64,000 bases of DNA from the human T2T-CHM13v2.0 reference genome, Homo sapiens. The stretch's first letter is position 1; the number at the start of each line of letters is the position of its first letter. This document shows, piece after piece, positions 28,573 to 40,510 of this stretch. The translations under genes and the position numbers were made by a program. The stretch lies in assembly GCF_009914755.1 (NCBI RefSeq), contig NC_060935.1; one strand, written 5' to 3'. Under the pieces are notes generated by a model. It saw nothing but the letters and a program-made list of their open reading frames with translations, made no database searches and had not been told where the DNA came from.

Positions 28573-29500
28573 ATGCTCAATTTCACCGATGTGACAGAGT
28601 TCATTCTTTTGGGGCTAACGAGCCGTCGGGAATGGCAAGTTCTCTTCTTCATCGTTTTTCTTGTGGTCTACATTATCACCGTGGTGGGCAATATCGGCAT
28701 GATGTTGTTAATCAAGGTCAGTCCTCAGCTTAACAGCCCCATGTACTTTTTCCTCAGTCACTTGTCATTTGTTGATGTGTGGTTTTCTTCCAATGTCACC
28801 CCTAAAATGTTGGAAAATCTGTTATCAGATAAAAAAAAAAACAATTTCTTATGCTGGCTGTTTAGCACAGTGTTTCTTCTTCATTGCTCTTGTCCATGTG
28901 GAAATTTTTATTCTTGCTGCGATTGCCTTTGATAGATACACAGTGATTGGAAATCCTTTGCTTTATGGCAGCAAAATGTCAAGGGATGTCTGTATTCGAC
29001 TGATTACTTTCCCTTACATTTATGGTTTTCTGACGAGTCTGACAGCAACATTATGGACTTATGGCTTGTACTTCTGTGGAAAAATTGAGATCAACCATTT
29101 CTACTGTGCAGATCCACCTCTCATCAAAATGGCCTGTGCCGGGACCTTTGTAAAAGAATATACAATGCTCATACTTGCCGGCATCAACTTCACATATTCC
29201 CTGACTGTAATTATCATCTCTTACTTATTCATCCTCATTGCCATTCTGCAAATGCGCTCAGCAGAAGGAAGGCAGAAGGCCTTTTCCACATGTGGGTCCC
29301 ATCTGACAGCTGTCATCATATTCTATGGTACTCTGATCTTCATGTATCTCAGACGTCCCACAGAGGAGTCTGTGGAGCAGGGGAAGATGGTGGCTGTGTT
29401 CTATACCACAGTGATCCCCATGTTGAATCCCATGATCTACAGTCTGAGGAACAAGGATGTGAAAAAGGCCATGATGAAAGTGATCAGCAGATCATGTTAA
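28573..29500 (+). pseudogene. OR5M4P: Olfactory receptor pseudogene, OR5M3 duplicate with a single frameshift
   Basis: Two overlapping ORFs join into a full OR ([28 protein letters not shown]); A11 at 28831-28841 vs A7 in OR5M3; acceptor TTTTAG at 28527-28528; symbol from recalled cluster order. Confidence 0.9.
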
Positions 29501-30643
29501 ACAAAATAAAATCAAGTTTGAATTAATTTTGTCTTCTATTATTTGATTGGAGAAAGGTTATTGCCCAGTACTTAGGAACATTAAGATAAAGATATTCTGT
29601 GGGTTGAAGAAAAATAAAAGTGATGCAAATGGAGAAAATATAAGGTAGAATGTTTCACTTCTGTTCATGTGAGTATGGAGATTAATTAAATATGAATAAA
29701 TTAATTAGTTGAAATGGTGATGTGTGCCAAAGTTCATAGGTGTGCTAATGGAAGTTGCTCAAATACTTAGCTGCAATGAAAAGAATTTCTCTTATTCAAA
29801 AGTGCAGTTGCATGAATTTAGGTAATATTCATTTGCCCAATTAAACACTAATTTGGGGCAGAAAAAATTCAAAATATTTAATTTGGTTTTCCAGTGTGAG
29901 GATGTAAAATAGTGTTCTCACTAATGGTTATGAGATTGTTTATTGTTTAATGCGTCTTTCATTATGTTGGGTAGGGTCTGTTCAGAGACTGCTACTTTGA
30001 AAATAGCAATACTATTGTATTTTATGTTTTTTAACTTTTTGGTGTTTCTTAAGAAACAACGTGGTAGATGTCTCTTTTTCACAGATCCCAGTAACTGCCA
30101 TGTTTCAACTCTACGATTGCCAGTCACCAGACTGTGGTTTGCCCCTGCTGGTGTCTTCACTCTGACTGAAGAGTAGGAGAATTAGTGGAAGAAGTTGTCA
30201 TTGTAAAACCATGGCTCTCCAAATTCCACAGAATGAATTACATTCCACTCATGTGAGATATTTGGTACACCTGTGACCAAGACATGGCACTTACATATTC
30301 TAGTTAACTTTTGCATTTGAAATAAATTCAGTATTTAGGATGCACTATTTGTTGTTATCAATAAGATTTTCTGACATAATAATGGGAACATAATTTCACA
30401 TCTCTTGCATCTTATTTCATGAAGCACAAGGATGAAGCTACAACTTAACTTATTTCATCAAAGTCTACGTCCTTAGGCTAAATAAATAAGTAAATAATCA
30501 CTATCTGTTTTGATGCAAACAATATATGGCTAAAGAAATGTAACTTACATATTTTGAATTGTACATTTAAAAAATTAAAAATTATCTGCAAAGATGTGAA
30601 TATAAAACAAGATTGGCGCCATCTGAGAAAAAAGCATTCTTCT

Positions 30644-32049
30644 TTTCTTTAACTTTTATTTTAAGTTCAAGGGTAGGTGCGCAGGTTTGTTATATCGGTA
30701 AACGTGTTTCATAGAGGTTTGTGGTACAGATTATTTTGTCATGCAGGTATTAAGCTTAGTACTCATTAGGTATTTTTCCTGATCCTCTCCCTCGTCCCAA
30801 CCTCTACCCTCTCATAGCCCTCAGTGTGTGTTGCTCCCCTTTATGTGTCCATGTGCTCTCAACATTTAACTCACACTTCTTTTTTATTATTATTATACTT
30901 GAAGTTTTAGGGTACATGTGCACATTGTGCAGGTTAGTTACATATGTATACATGTGCCATGCTGGTGCACTGCACCCACTAACTCGTCATCTAGCATTAG
31001 GTATATCTCCCAATGCTATCCCTCCCCCCTCCCCCCACCCCACAACAGTCCCCAGAGTGTGATATTCCCCTTCCTGTGTCCATGTGATCTCATTGTTCAG
31101 TTCCCACCTATGAGTGAGAATATGCGGTGTTTGGTTTTTTGTTCTTGCGATAGTTTACTGAGAATGATGTTTTCCAATTTCATCCATGTCCCTACAAAGG
31201 ACATGAACTCATCATTTTTTATGGCTGCATGGTATTCCATGGTGTATATGTGCCACATTTTCTTAATCCAGTCTATCATTGTTGGACATTTGGGTTGGTT
31301 CCAAGTCTTTGCTATTGTGAATAGTGCCACAATAAACATACGTGTGCATGTGTCTTTATAGCAGCATGATTTATAGTCCTTTGGGTATATACCCAGTAAT
31401 GGGATGGCTGGGTCAAATGGTATTTCCAGTTCTAGATCCCTGAGGAATCGCCACACTGACTTCCACAATGGTTGAACTATTAACTCACACTTCTAAGTGA
31501 GAACATGAGGTATTTGGTTTTCTACTCCTGCATTAGTTAGCTAAAGATAATGGTCTGTATCTCCATCTATGTTCTTGCAAAGGACAAGATCTCATTTTTT
31601 TTTTATTTTCTTATGGCTGCATAGTATTCCATGGCGTATCTGTACATTTTCTTTATCCAGTCTATCACTGATGGGCTTTTAGGTTGATTACATGTGTTTG
31701 CTATTGTGAATAGTGCTGCAATGAATATACATGGACATGTGTCTTTATAGTAGAACAATATATATTCCTTTGGGCATATACCCAGGAATGGAATTGCTGG
31801 ATATTTCTGTTTTAGGTCTTTGAGGAATCACCACACTGTTTCCCACAAAGGTTGAACTTAGATACATGAGGCCAAGAATCATATGAAAAAGCTCAACATC
31901 ACTGATAATTAAATACATGCAAATTGAAACCACAACGAGATACTGTCTCACATGAGTAATAATGGTTATTATCAAAAACCCAAAAAAATATCAGATGCTG
32001 GCCAGATTGGGAAGAAAAAGGAACATTTGTACACTGTTGGTGGAAGTGT
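30644..32049 (-). mobile_element. Old L1PA/L1PB 3' fragment with inverted 5' part, interrupted by an L1PA2
   Basis: 16-bp TSD AAAAAAGCATTCTTCT (30628-30643, 32050-32065); strand switch near 31860; mirrored at ~47560-48355. Confidence 0.85.
30881..31479 (-). mobile_element. Young 5'-truncated L1 (L1PA2-like), left arm only
   Basis: Intact ORF2 C-terminus (DTCTRMF...HRIFSLIGGN*); GATGACGAGTTAG diagnostic (GAG, not ACA/ACG); exact 15-bp TSD TTAACTCACACTTCT; empty site near 48115. Confidence 0.92.
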
Positions 32050-32907
32050 AAAAAAGCATTCTTCTTTGTCCATTATTGAATTTTATTTACATCAAGAGAA
32101 ACCAAAAATGCAATGAACTCCTTTCCACATACATACGTATAAATCATGGGCAACATTTTAAAACCTTTTGCATATATAAACAAATTGCTAATTTAGATTC
32201 AATTATAGTGTCACTGTGTCTTTGGATGAAAAATGTTAAACCTCTAGAGACTTTTAATATCTAAGGTACATAAGGTTCTTTTGGGACTAAAGTTAAAAGT
32301 AATTTATTTTGGCAATAAGAACATTTATTTGCCATTTTTGGGGAACTCTTGATATGCCAAATTAGTTTCTTATTATTAATCAATTGCTAAATATGTTTTT
32401 AAGCATTTAATCACTTGCAGCCTGTTGGCAGGTAAATTTGAACCATCTTTGTTACCTCTTTTTTTCAAAGGTAAAATGCATTTTCTCTTTATTCTTTTGG
32501 AGAGTTAGTTTAGTGTTACATAAAGAACGATGAATCTAGGTCAGTGGTCAAATCATGTTTCTGGTTTCAGTTTCCAAATTTCAAGTGAATTTGTGGATGA
32601 CCTTGGACAAGTCACTTTTTGTCACCCATCTAGTTATTTTTAAGGTTGTAGACTCTGATTTCTACATTTTCTTGAGATATTGCATATGAAGTCAAAATTC
32701 CCTAGTGTCAAACTCATCCAATAGACTTTCTCAATAATAGGTGAGAAGAAATTCATAAATTCTGGGTACTTTGGGGCTGAAAAAAAATTTTCCCAAGCAC
32801 AATTCTGTTCATGATTTTCCAGACTAAATTTAAGAAGTATACTTTTCAGAATTTAAATAGTGTAGGTTTGCATCTGTATTCTTTGGCTTGATAGTATCTC
32901 AACTTGC

Positions 32908-33160
32908 CAATACTGCATGTTCTCACTTACAAGTGGGGGCTAAACAACAAGAATACATGAACACATAGAGGGGAACAACAGACACCACAGCCTCCTTGAG
33001 AATGGAGGGTGGGAGGAAGGAGAGGAGCAAAAAAATACCTATCAGGTGCTATGCTTATTATCTGGGTGATGAAATAATGTGTACACCAAGCCTCTGTGAC
33101 ACCAGTTTGTCTGAATAACACACCTGCATATGTACCCCTAAACCTAAATTTAAAAAATGG
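32908..33160 (+). mobile_element. L1 3' end fragment shared by both arms (mirror ~46215-46465)
   Basis: CAAATACTGCATGTTCTCACTTACAAGTGGG 3' UTR motif. Confidence 0.85.
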
Positions 33161-33725
33161 AAAATTTAACATCATATTTTTTTCACATAGGAATACTTTT
33201 ATTCTTCAAAGTAAGGATAATATTAACCTCAATCCTAAAGAAGTGGTAAGATAATAATAGTAAACTGTTTAGAGGTAACACTGCACAAATAATGACAACT
33301 TTTTGTCTGCTTCACGTGCAACAGGCATTGGGAACAGAGTTATCCCTATATTATTCTAAGATCATCTCAACCAAAATGTAAGATAATAGATTCCCTATTC
33401 TACAGATAAGTACACTGAGGCACAGAAGTACATCGCTTGTCCAAGGTAACATAATGAAAGCGTGTGTATAGCAAAGGTATAATTTCAGATCTGTCTGACT
33501 TCAGTAATGACTTCTACTTTTACTCATTCTGCCAGTGATTTATTGTTTGAGGCATCTGACATCTGAACACAGCCATGAGATGCATGGGACATGCATTGCT
33601 ATGATCATCTATCCTGACAGATGGTGCTTTTTTGAACAGTTGTCCAACCAGAAAGAGACTCACTGAAATTTTATATGATGCAAACCAATATTTTGCCAAA
33701 ATGCATAATTATCAACGTGTAGAAC

Positions 33726-34327
33726 TTTTAGCAACAGGAAAGAGACAAATTCGTAGGCAGACAGGGTTCAGTCCCTAGTGAAACTCCACCTTCAAGCCCA
33801 GGACAGTCTAAGGCCTGAAAACTGAGCCACTAGTTCCAGATAGAATCCACTGACCAGAGGGAGAACTCCCATCCCTATCTTACCCACTCTTTCAATTTTT
33901 TTTTTCCTGAATGATGCCTTTTAACCAATCGAATGGTGTCTTTTCCAAGCTCACCGATAAATCAGTCAGCATGCATTCCCTATTCTAAACCCATAAAAAG
34001 CTCAGACTCAGCCTTACGTGAGGCTGTCCACTTTTGGGTCCCCTCTTACTGTTGAGAGTGTTTCTTTCACTTAATAAATTTTACTGAGCCTTACTTACTC
34101 TGCAGTGTCCATGTACCTCATTCCTCTTGGTCTTGAGAGAAGAACCTGGAACTCATGGAACTGCAGGAGTCAAAGAGCTGTAACACTTCCTCCAGTTCAC
34201 CAATCTGTGGGAGTGAAGAAGGTAATGGGTGCCACTCCCTCCCACTCACTGAAGTATGGGAGTGAAGAAGCCACTGGTCAACACCCCCTCCTGCTTGCCA
34301 AACTACAGGAGTAAGAAAGCCACAACA
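33726..34327 (+). mobile_element. ERV1 solo LTR (LTR27/MER61 group) inserted in L1
   Basis: 4-bp TSD GAAC (33722-33725, 34328-34331); CATAAAAAGC TATA-like box; AATAAA. Confidence 0.85.
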
Positions 34328-35329
34328 GAACAATTTATTTTTTATTTTTATTTTTGGATATACATACAGTAATGGGATTGCTGGGTTGAATGTAGTTCTG
34401 TTTCAAGTTCTTTGAGAAATCTCCAAAGTGCTTTCTACAGTGACTGAACTAATTCACATTCCCACCAACAGTGTATAAATGTTACCGTTTGTTGGCAGCC
34501 TTGCCAGCATCTGTTGTTTTTTGGCTTTTTAATGATGCCCATTCCGACTGGTGTGAGATGGTGTCTTACTGTGGTTTTGATTTACATTTCTACAAAGATT
34601 AGTGATGTTGAGTATTTTTTCATATGTTTCTTTGGCAACTTGTATATGTTAGAAAACTGCCCATGTCTTTTGACCACTTTTTAATGGAGTTATTTAATTT
34701 TTGCTTGTTGATTCATTTAAGTTTCTTATAAATTCTGGATATTAGGGCTTGGTCATAGTTTGTGAATATTTTCTTTCATCCTGCAGGCTATTTCCTTAGT
34801 CAACAGTTTCTTTGGCCGTGCAGAAACTCTTCATTTAATTAGTTAGGTCCCACTTATGAATTATTGTTTTTGTTGCAAATTGCTAACATAGCAATTGTTA
34901 AATTGCTGAATGCATTTAGCCACAAATTATTTCCCAAGGCCCATGTTCAGAATGATGTTTCCCAGGTTTTCTTCTAGGCTTCTTACTTTTTGACTTCTTA
35001 CATTTAAACTTTAATTCACCTTAATTTTTGTAGATGGTGAAAAGTAGGTGTCAAATTTCATTCTTCTGCATATGAATAGCCAGCTATCCCCGCAATATTT
35101 AATGAATAGGAGGTTTTTTTTTTTTTTCTGACTTTCTCAAATGTCAGATGACTGTAGGTATGCAGCTTTATTTGTGGATTCTCTATTCTTTTTCACTGGT
35201 GTATATGTCTGTTTTTGTACCAGTGCCTTGCTTTTTGGTTACCATAGCTATATAGTATAGTTTGAATTTAAGTAATGTGATGCTTCTGGCGTTGTTTTTT
35301 CTTTTTCTTTTTCTTTTCTTTTCTATTTT

Positions 35330-35381
<52 letters not shown>

Positions 35382-36749
35382 TTTTTTTTTTTTTTTTTGG
35401 TACTCAAGCTCTTTCTGGTTCCATAGGAATTTAAGAATAGTTTTTTTTTTTCTAATGCTGTGAAGAATGATGTTGGTAGTTTGATAGGAATAGTACTGAG
35501 TCTGTAGGTTGCATTAGGCAGTATGGCCATTTTAATGATACTGATTCCAATTAGTTGTGTCATGTATGATTTCCTTCGGCAGTGTTTTGTTTTTAGTTCT
35601 TAGAGAAATCTTTCACCTCCTTGGTTATATGTATTCTTATGTATTTTATTTTTTATCTTTTGGTGGCTATTGTAAATGGGATTATGTTCTTGATTAAACT
35701 CTCTGCTTGGATGTTATTGGTATACAAAAATGCTACTGATTTTTACATTTATTTTGTATTCTGAAACTTTACGGAAGTCATTTATTAGTTCAAGGAACCT
35801 TTTGGCAGAGTCTTTAGTGTTTTCTAGGTATAGAATCACATTGGCAGCAAAGAAAGATTGTTTGGCTTTTTCTTTTCTTATTTGGATGCCTTTTATTTCT
35901 TACTCTTGCCTGATTGCTCTGGCTAGGACTTCCAGTAGTATGTTAAATAAGAGTGATGAGTGGTGGCATCCTTTTCTTGTTCAGTTCTCAAGGAGAACAT
36001 TTCCAGCTTTTGCCCATTCAGCATGATGTTGGCTGTGGATTTCTCATAGATTGCGCTTATTATTTTGAGGTATGTTGTTTTGATGCCCGGGTTGTTGAGG
36101 GTTTTTATCATGAAGGGATGTTAGATTTTTCTCAAATAGTTTTTTGAATAGGTTGAGGTGATTGTATAGTTTTTATTTTTAATTCTCTTTATATTGTAAA
36201 TTACACTTATTGGTTGATGCATGTTGAAACAACCTTGCATCCCAGGAATGCAACCTACTTGCTTGTGGTGAATTAACTTTTCAGTGTGCTCGTGGATTCA
36301 CTTTGCTGGTATTTAGTTGAGGATTTTTGCATCTATGTTCTTCAAGGATACTAGCCTGAAGTTTCCTTTGTGTATGTGTGAGTGCCTCTGACAGAGTCTG
36401 GTGTCAGGGTGTTGCTGGCTTAAGAATGAGTTAGGGAGTATATCTTCATCCTCAATTTTTTGGAATAGTTTCAGTAGAATTGGTAACTAGCTCTTCTTTG
36501 TACATCTGGTACACCTGTGAATCAATCTGTTCCAGGGCTTTTATTTAAAAAAAAAGTTGCTAGAATTTTTATTATTGATTCAATTGCAGAACATAATTTG
36601 GTTTGTTCGGGGTTTCAATTTCTGCCTGATTTAATTTGGGGAAGGTGTGTGTTTCCAGGAATTTATCCACTTCCTCTAAATTTTCTAGGTTGTGTGCATA
36701 TAACCAATCCCACAGAAATGCAAAAGATCCTCAGAGACTGTTATGAACA
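34328..36749 (-). mobile_element. Older L1 ORF2 region with short inverted 5' terminal piece
   Basis: Degenerate ORF2 peptides ([42 protein letters not shown]); 36701-36749 is the adjacent upstream L1 sequence in opposite orientation. Confidence 0.9.
35298..35398. repeat. (TTTC)n plus poly-T microsatellite inside L1
   Basis: Direct read; much shorter in the mirror copy at ~38452-38485. Confidence 0.9.
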
Positions 36750-37379
36750 GAAGTATACATTTGTTACTAAGTTTTGACAATAGATCAGAAGAAAGTTATA
36801 TGTAAAGTTAAGAATAATCTCCTAAAGGCCAAAGCCACTAAACCTGAACTTTCTCCTCATTTTCATACTCCAAAATGTGGCCACTGAATTGAACACCCTA
36901 GATGGTATTATGGGAGACACATCTTGAGGGTCTAATTGCCTTATTTAATACTCATAATCACCTGATTGCATAAAAAAGAAATATAAACCTATCTTTTTAA
37001 GTTACTTTGTTTTGGTGGTTCATTAGTTACTGCATTTAGCACCCTAATCCTCCTTTTAATTGTTCTTATAATACTTTTCAGATACTTGATTCTTGGCACT
37101 TTACCTCAGCGTAAGATTCCTTCCTAGGGCAAGTTAATAATTAGATAGGATTCATTTTACTTTAACACTTGGTGAGTCCTTAGCCACACTGTGACACATT
37201 AGTTAATACTGTGTCCTACTTCTAGGCTATTTCTCTCTGTTAGCATTTTCATACAAGCTCTTTCTTGGGTTCATTAATTCTTAGTTATTTTCTCTGCACC
37301 ATGTTTCTAGCTAGGTATAAACTAGGCAAACCTCCACTATACATTTTTAACCAATACAGATCTTAAGCTATTGTTACTT

Positions 37380-37708
37380 ACTATGGGTTAAATTGTGTTC
37401 TCTAAAAATACATGTTCTAAAGCCCAATCCCTCTGAATGATATATATTTGAAAATACAGTCATGAAAGATGTGACTAGATGAAGTCATATTGTAGCGTGT
37501 GCCCTTAATCCAATGTGACTGATATCCTTATTAGAAGAGAGATATTTGCATACACATATTTAAAAAAAATTAAAAAAAATTTCTTCATCTGCATTGCTAT
37601 AACATATAAATTATCCATAGTCTGGGTAATTAATAAGAAAAAATATTTGTGTCTTATAGTTCTAGAGGCTGGGAAATCCAAAGTTGAGGGGCCCACAACT
37701 GGTGAGAG
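37380..37708. mobile_element. MaLR fragments (MLT1 then truncated MST-like)
   Basis: CTATGGGTTAAATTGTGTTC, CCTTATTAGAAGAG and TTCTAGAGGCTGGGAAATCCAAAG motifs. Confidence 0.65.
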
Positions 37709-40510
37709 TCTAACATCCCTTCATGATAAAAAACCCTCAACAAACTGGGCATCAAAAACACATACCTCAAAATAATAAGAGCCATCTATGAGAAATCCAT
37801 AGTGAACATTATGCTAAATGGGCAAAAGCTGGGAGCATTATCCTCGAAAACTGAACAAGACAAGGATGCCCACACTCATCACTCCTATTCAACATACTAC
37901 TGAAAGTCCTATCCAGAGCAATCAGGCAATAGTAAGCAATAAAAGGCATCCAAATAGGAAAAGAAAAAGTCAAACAATCTTTCTTTGCTGCTAATACGAT
38001 TCTATACCTAGTAAACACTAAAAACTCTGCCAAAAGTTGTTTAAACAAATAAATGACTTCAGTAAAGTTGCAGGATACAAAATAAATGTAAAAAAAATCA
38101 GCAGCATTTTTATGTATCAATAACATCCAAGCTGAGAACTGAATCAAGAACACAATCCCATTTACAATAGCCACTAAAAAAATAGAATGCATAAGAATAC
38201 ATCTAACCAAGGAGGTGAAAGATTTCTATAATAACTACACACTGCTGAAAGAAGTCATACATGACACAATGAATTGGAAAAACAGTCCATGCTCATGGAT
38301 TGAAAGAACTGGCATCATTAAAATGGCCATACTGCCTAAAGCAATCTACAGACTCAGCACTATTCCTATCAAACTACCAACGTCATTCTCCACAGAATTA
38401 GAAAAAAACGATTCTTAAATTCCTATGCAACCAAAAAGAGCCTGAATAGTGAGAAAAAAAAAGAAAGAAAAAGAAAAGAGAAAAACCAAAGCCAGAAGTA
38501 TCACATTACCTGACTTCAAACTATACTGTATAGCTACAGTAACCAAAAGAGCATGGCTCTGTTACAGAAATGGTCATATACCACATTGGAAAAGAATAGG
38601 GATTCCAGAAATAAAGCTGCACACCTACAGCCATCTGATAATTGTGAAAGTCAAAAAAAAAAAATGACCTCCTATTCATTAAATGTTGCTGGCTATTCAT
38701 ATGCAGAAGAATGAAACCTCACCCCTACTTTTCACCATATACAAAAATTAACTTAAGATGAATTAAAGTTTAAATGTAAGTGCTCAAAAAGTAAGAAGCC
38801 TAGAAGAAAACCTAGGAAACACCCTTCTGGACATGGGCCTTGGAAAAGAATTTGTGACTAAATGCATTCAGCAATTTAGCAATTGTTAAATGAGCAACTG
38901 CAACAAAAACAAAAATTCACAAGTGGGGCCTAATTAAATGAAGTGTTTCTGCACAGCCAAAGAAACTATCAACAGAGGAAACAGATAGCCTACAGGATGA
39001 AAGAAAATATTCACAAACTATGACAAAGGTCTAATATCCAGAGTTTATAAGAAACTTAAATGATTCAACAAGCAAAAAATAAATAACTCCATTAAAAAGT
39101 AATCAAAAGATATGAACAATTTTCTAAAAAATACATACAAGTGGCCAAAGAGACACATGAAAAAATACTCAACATCACTAATCATCACAGAAATGTAAAT
39201 CAAAACCACAATAAGATACCATCTCACACCAGTCAGAACGGCTATTGTTAAAAAGCCAAAAAAACAACAAATGTTGGTGAGGCTTCCAACAAAAGGTAAC
39301 ATTTATACACTGTTGGTGGGAATGTAAATCAGTTCAGTCACTGCAGAAAGCACTTTGGAGATTTTTCAAAGAACGTGAAACAGAACTACCATCCAATCCA
39401 GCAATCCCATTACTGTGTATATATTGAAAAGAAAACAAATTGTTCTGTTGCAGCTTTCTTACTCCTGTCGTTTGGTGAGCAGGAGGGAGTGGTGCCCAGC
39501 AGCTTCTTCACTCCCATAGTTTGGCGAGTGAGAGGAAGTGTTATAGCTCTTTCATTTCTGCAGTTCCATGAGTTCCAAGTTCTTCTCTTGAGACCAAGAG
39601 GAATGAGGTACATGGACACTGGAGAGTAAGTAAGTCTCATTAAAATTTATTGAGTGAAAGAAACACTCTCAACAGTGAGAGGGGACCCAAAAGTGGGTAG
39701 CCTTATGTGAGGCTGAGTCTGGGCTTTTTATGGGCTTAGACTGGGGAATGCATGCTGATTGTTTTATTGGTGGGCTTGGAAAAGACACCATTCGGTTGGT
39801 TAAAAGGCATCATTCAGAAGGAATCAATCAAGAGCATGGGTAAGGTGGGGATGGGAGTTCTCCCTCTGTCAGTGGATTCTGTCTGGAACTAGCAGCTTGG
39901 CTTTCAGGCTTTAGACTGTCCTGGGCTTGAAGGTGGAGTTTCACCTGGACCCAACCCTGTCAGCCTAGGAATTTGTCTGTCTCCTGTTGTTATCCATTCT
40001 ACCAAAAGGACATATACATTTGTAAGTTGAATACAGAGCAATTAACAATAGCAAATACATGGAATCAACCGAGGTGTCCATCAACAGTTGACTGGATGTG
40101 GCAAATATACACTATGTATCACCAAGAAAATGTGGTGTATATACACCATGGAATACTACACAGTCTTAGAAAAAAATGAAATCATGTCCTTTGCAGTAAC
40201 ATGAATACAGCTGAAGGACATAATCCTAGGTAAATTGATGCTGGAACAGAAAACCAAATACCGCATATTTTCACTTATAAGCCAGAGCTAAACATTGGAC
40301 ACTTGTGGACATATAGATGGGAACAATAGACACTGGAGACTATTAGAGTGGGGAGGAAAGAGTGGGGCAAGGATTGGAAAACTAACAGTTCTGTACCATG
40401 CTCACTACCTGGGTGATGAGATAATTTGTATCCTAAGTCTCAGCATCACACAATATACCCATGTAACAAACTTAGACATGAGCCCCTCAAATGTAATAAA
40501 AACTGAAAAC
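37709..40510 (+). mobile_element. L1 ORF2 to 3' end, right copy, interrupted by LTR at 39446-39995
   Basis: [29 protein letters not shown]2 remnant; L1 resumes after the LTR and ends near AATAAA ~40500. Confidence 0.9.
39446..39995 (-). mobile_element. ERV1 solo LTR, mirror of 33726-34327
   Basis: Reverse-complement match; TSD GTTC/ATTC. Confidence 0.85.

Larger units (their letters stand above)
33719..36125 (+). repeat. Left inner arm of inverted duplication (partner 37709-40002)
   Basis: Same LTR inserted at the same L1 position in both copies; shared junction CAACAGAACAATTT. Confidence 0.9.

Noticed and set aside
28769-29500. 243-aa ORF as a separate gene
   Set aside because: It is the post-frameshift half of OR5M4P with an out-of-frame N-terminus
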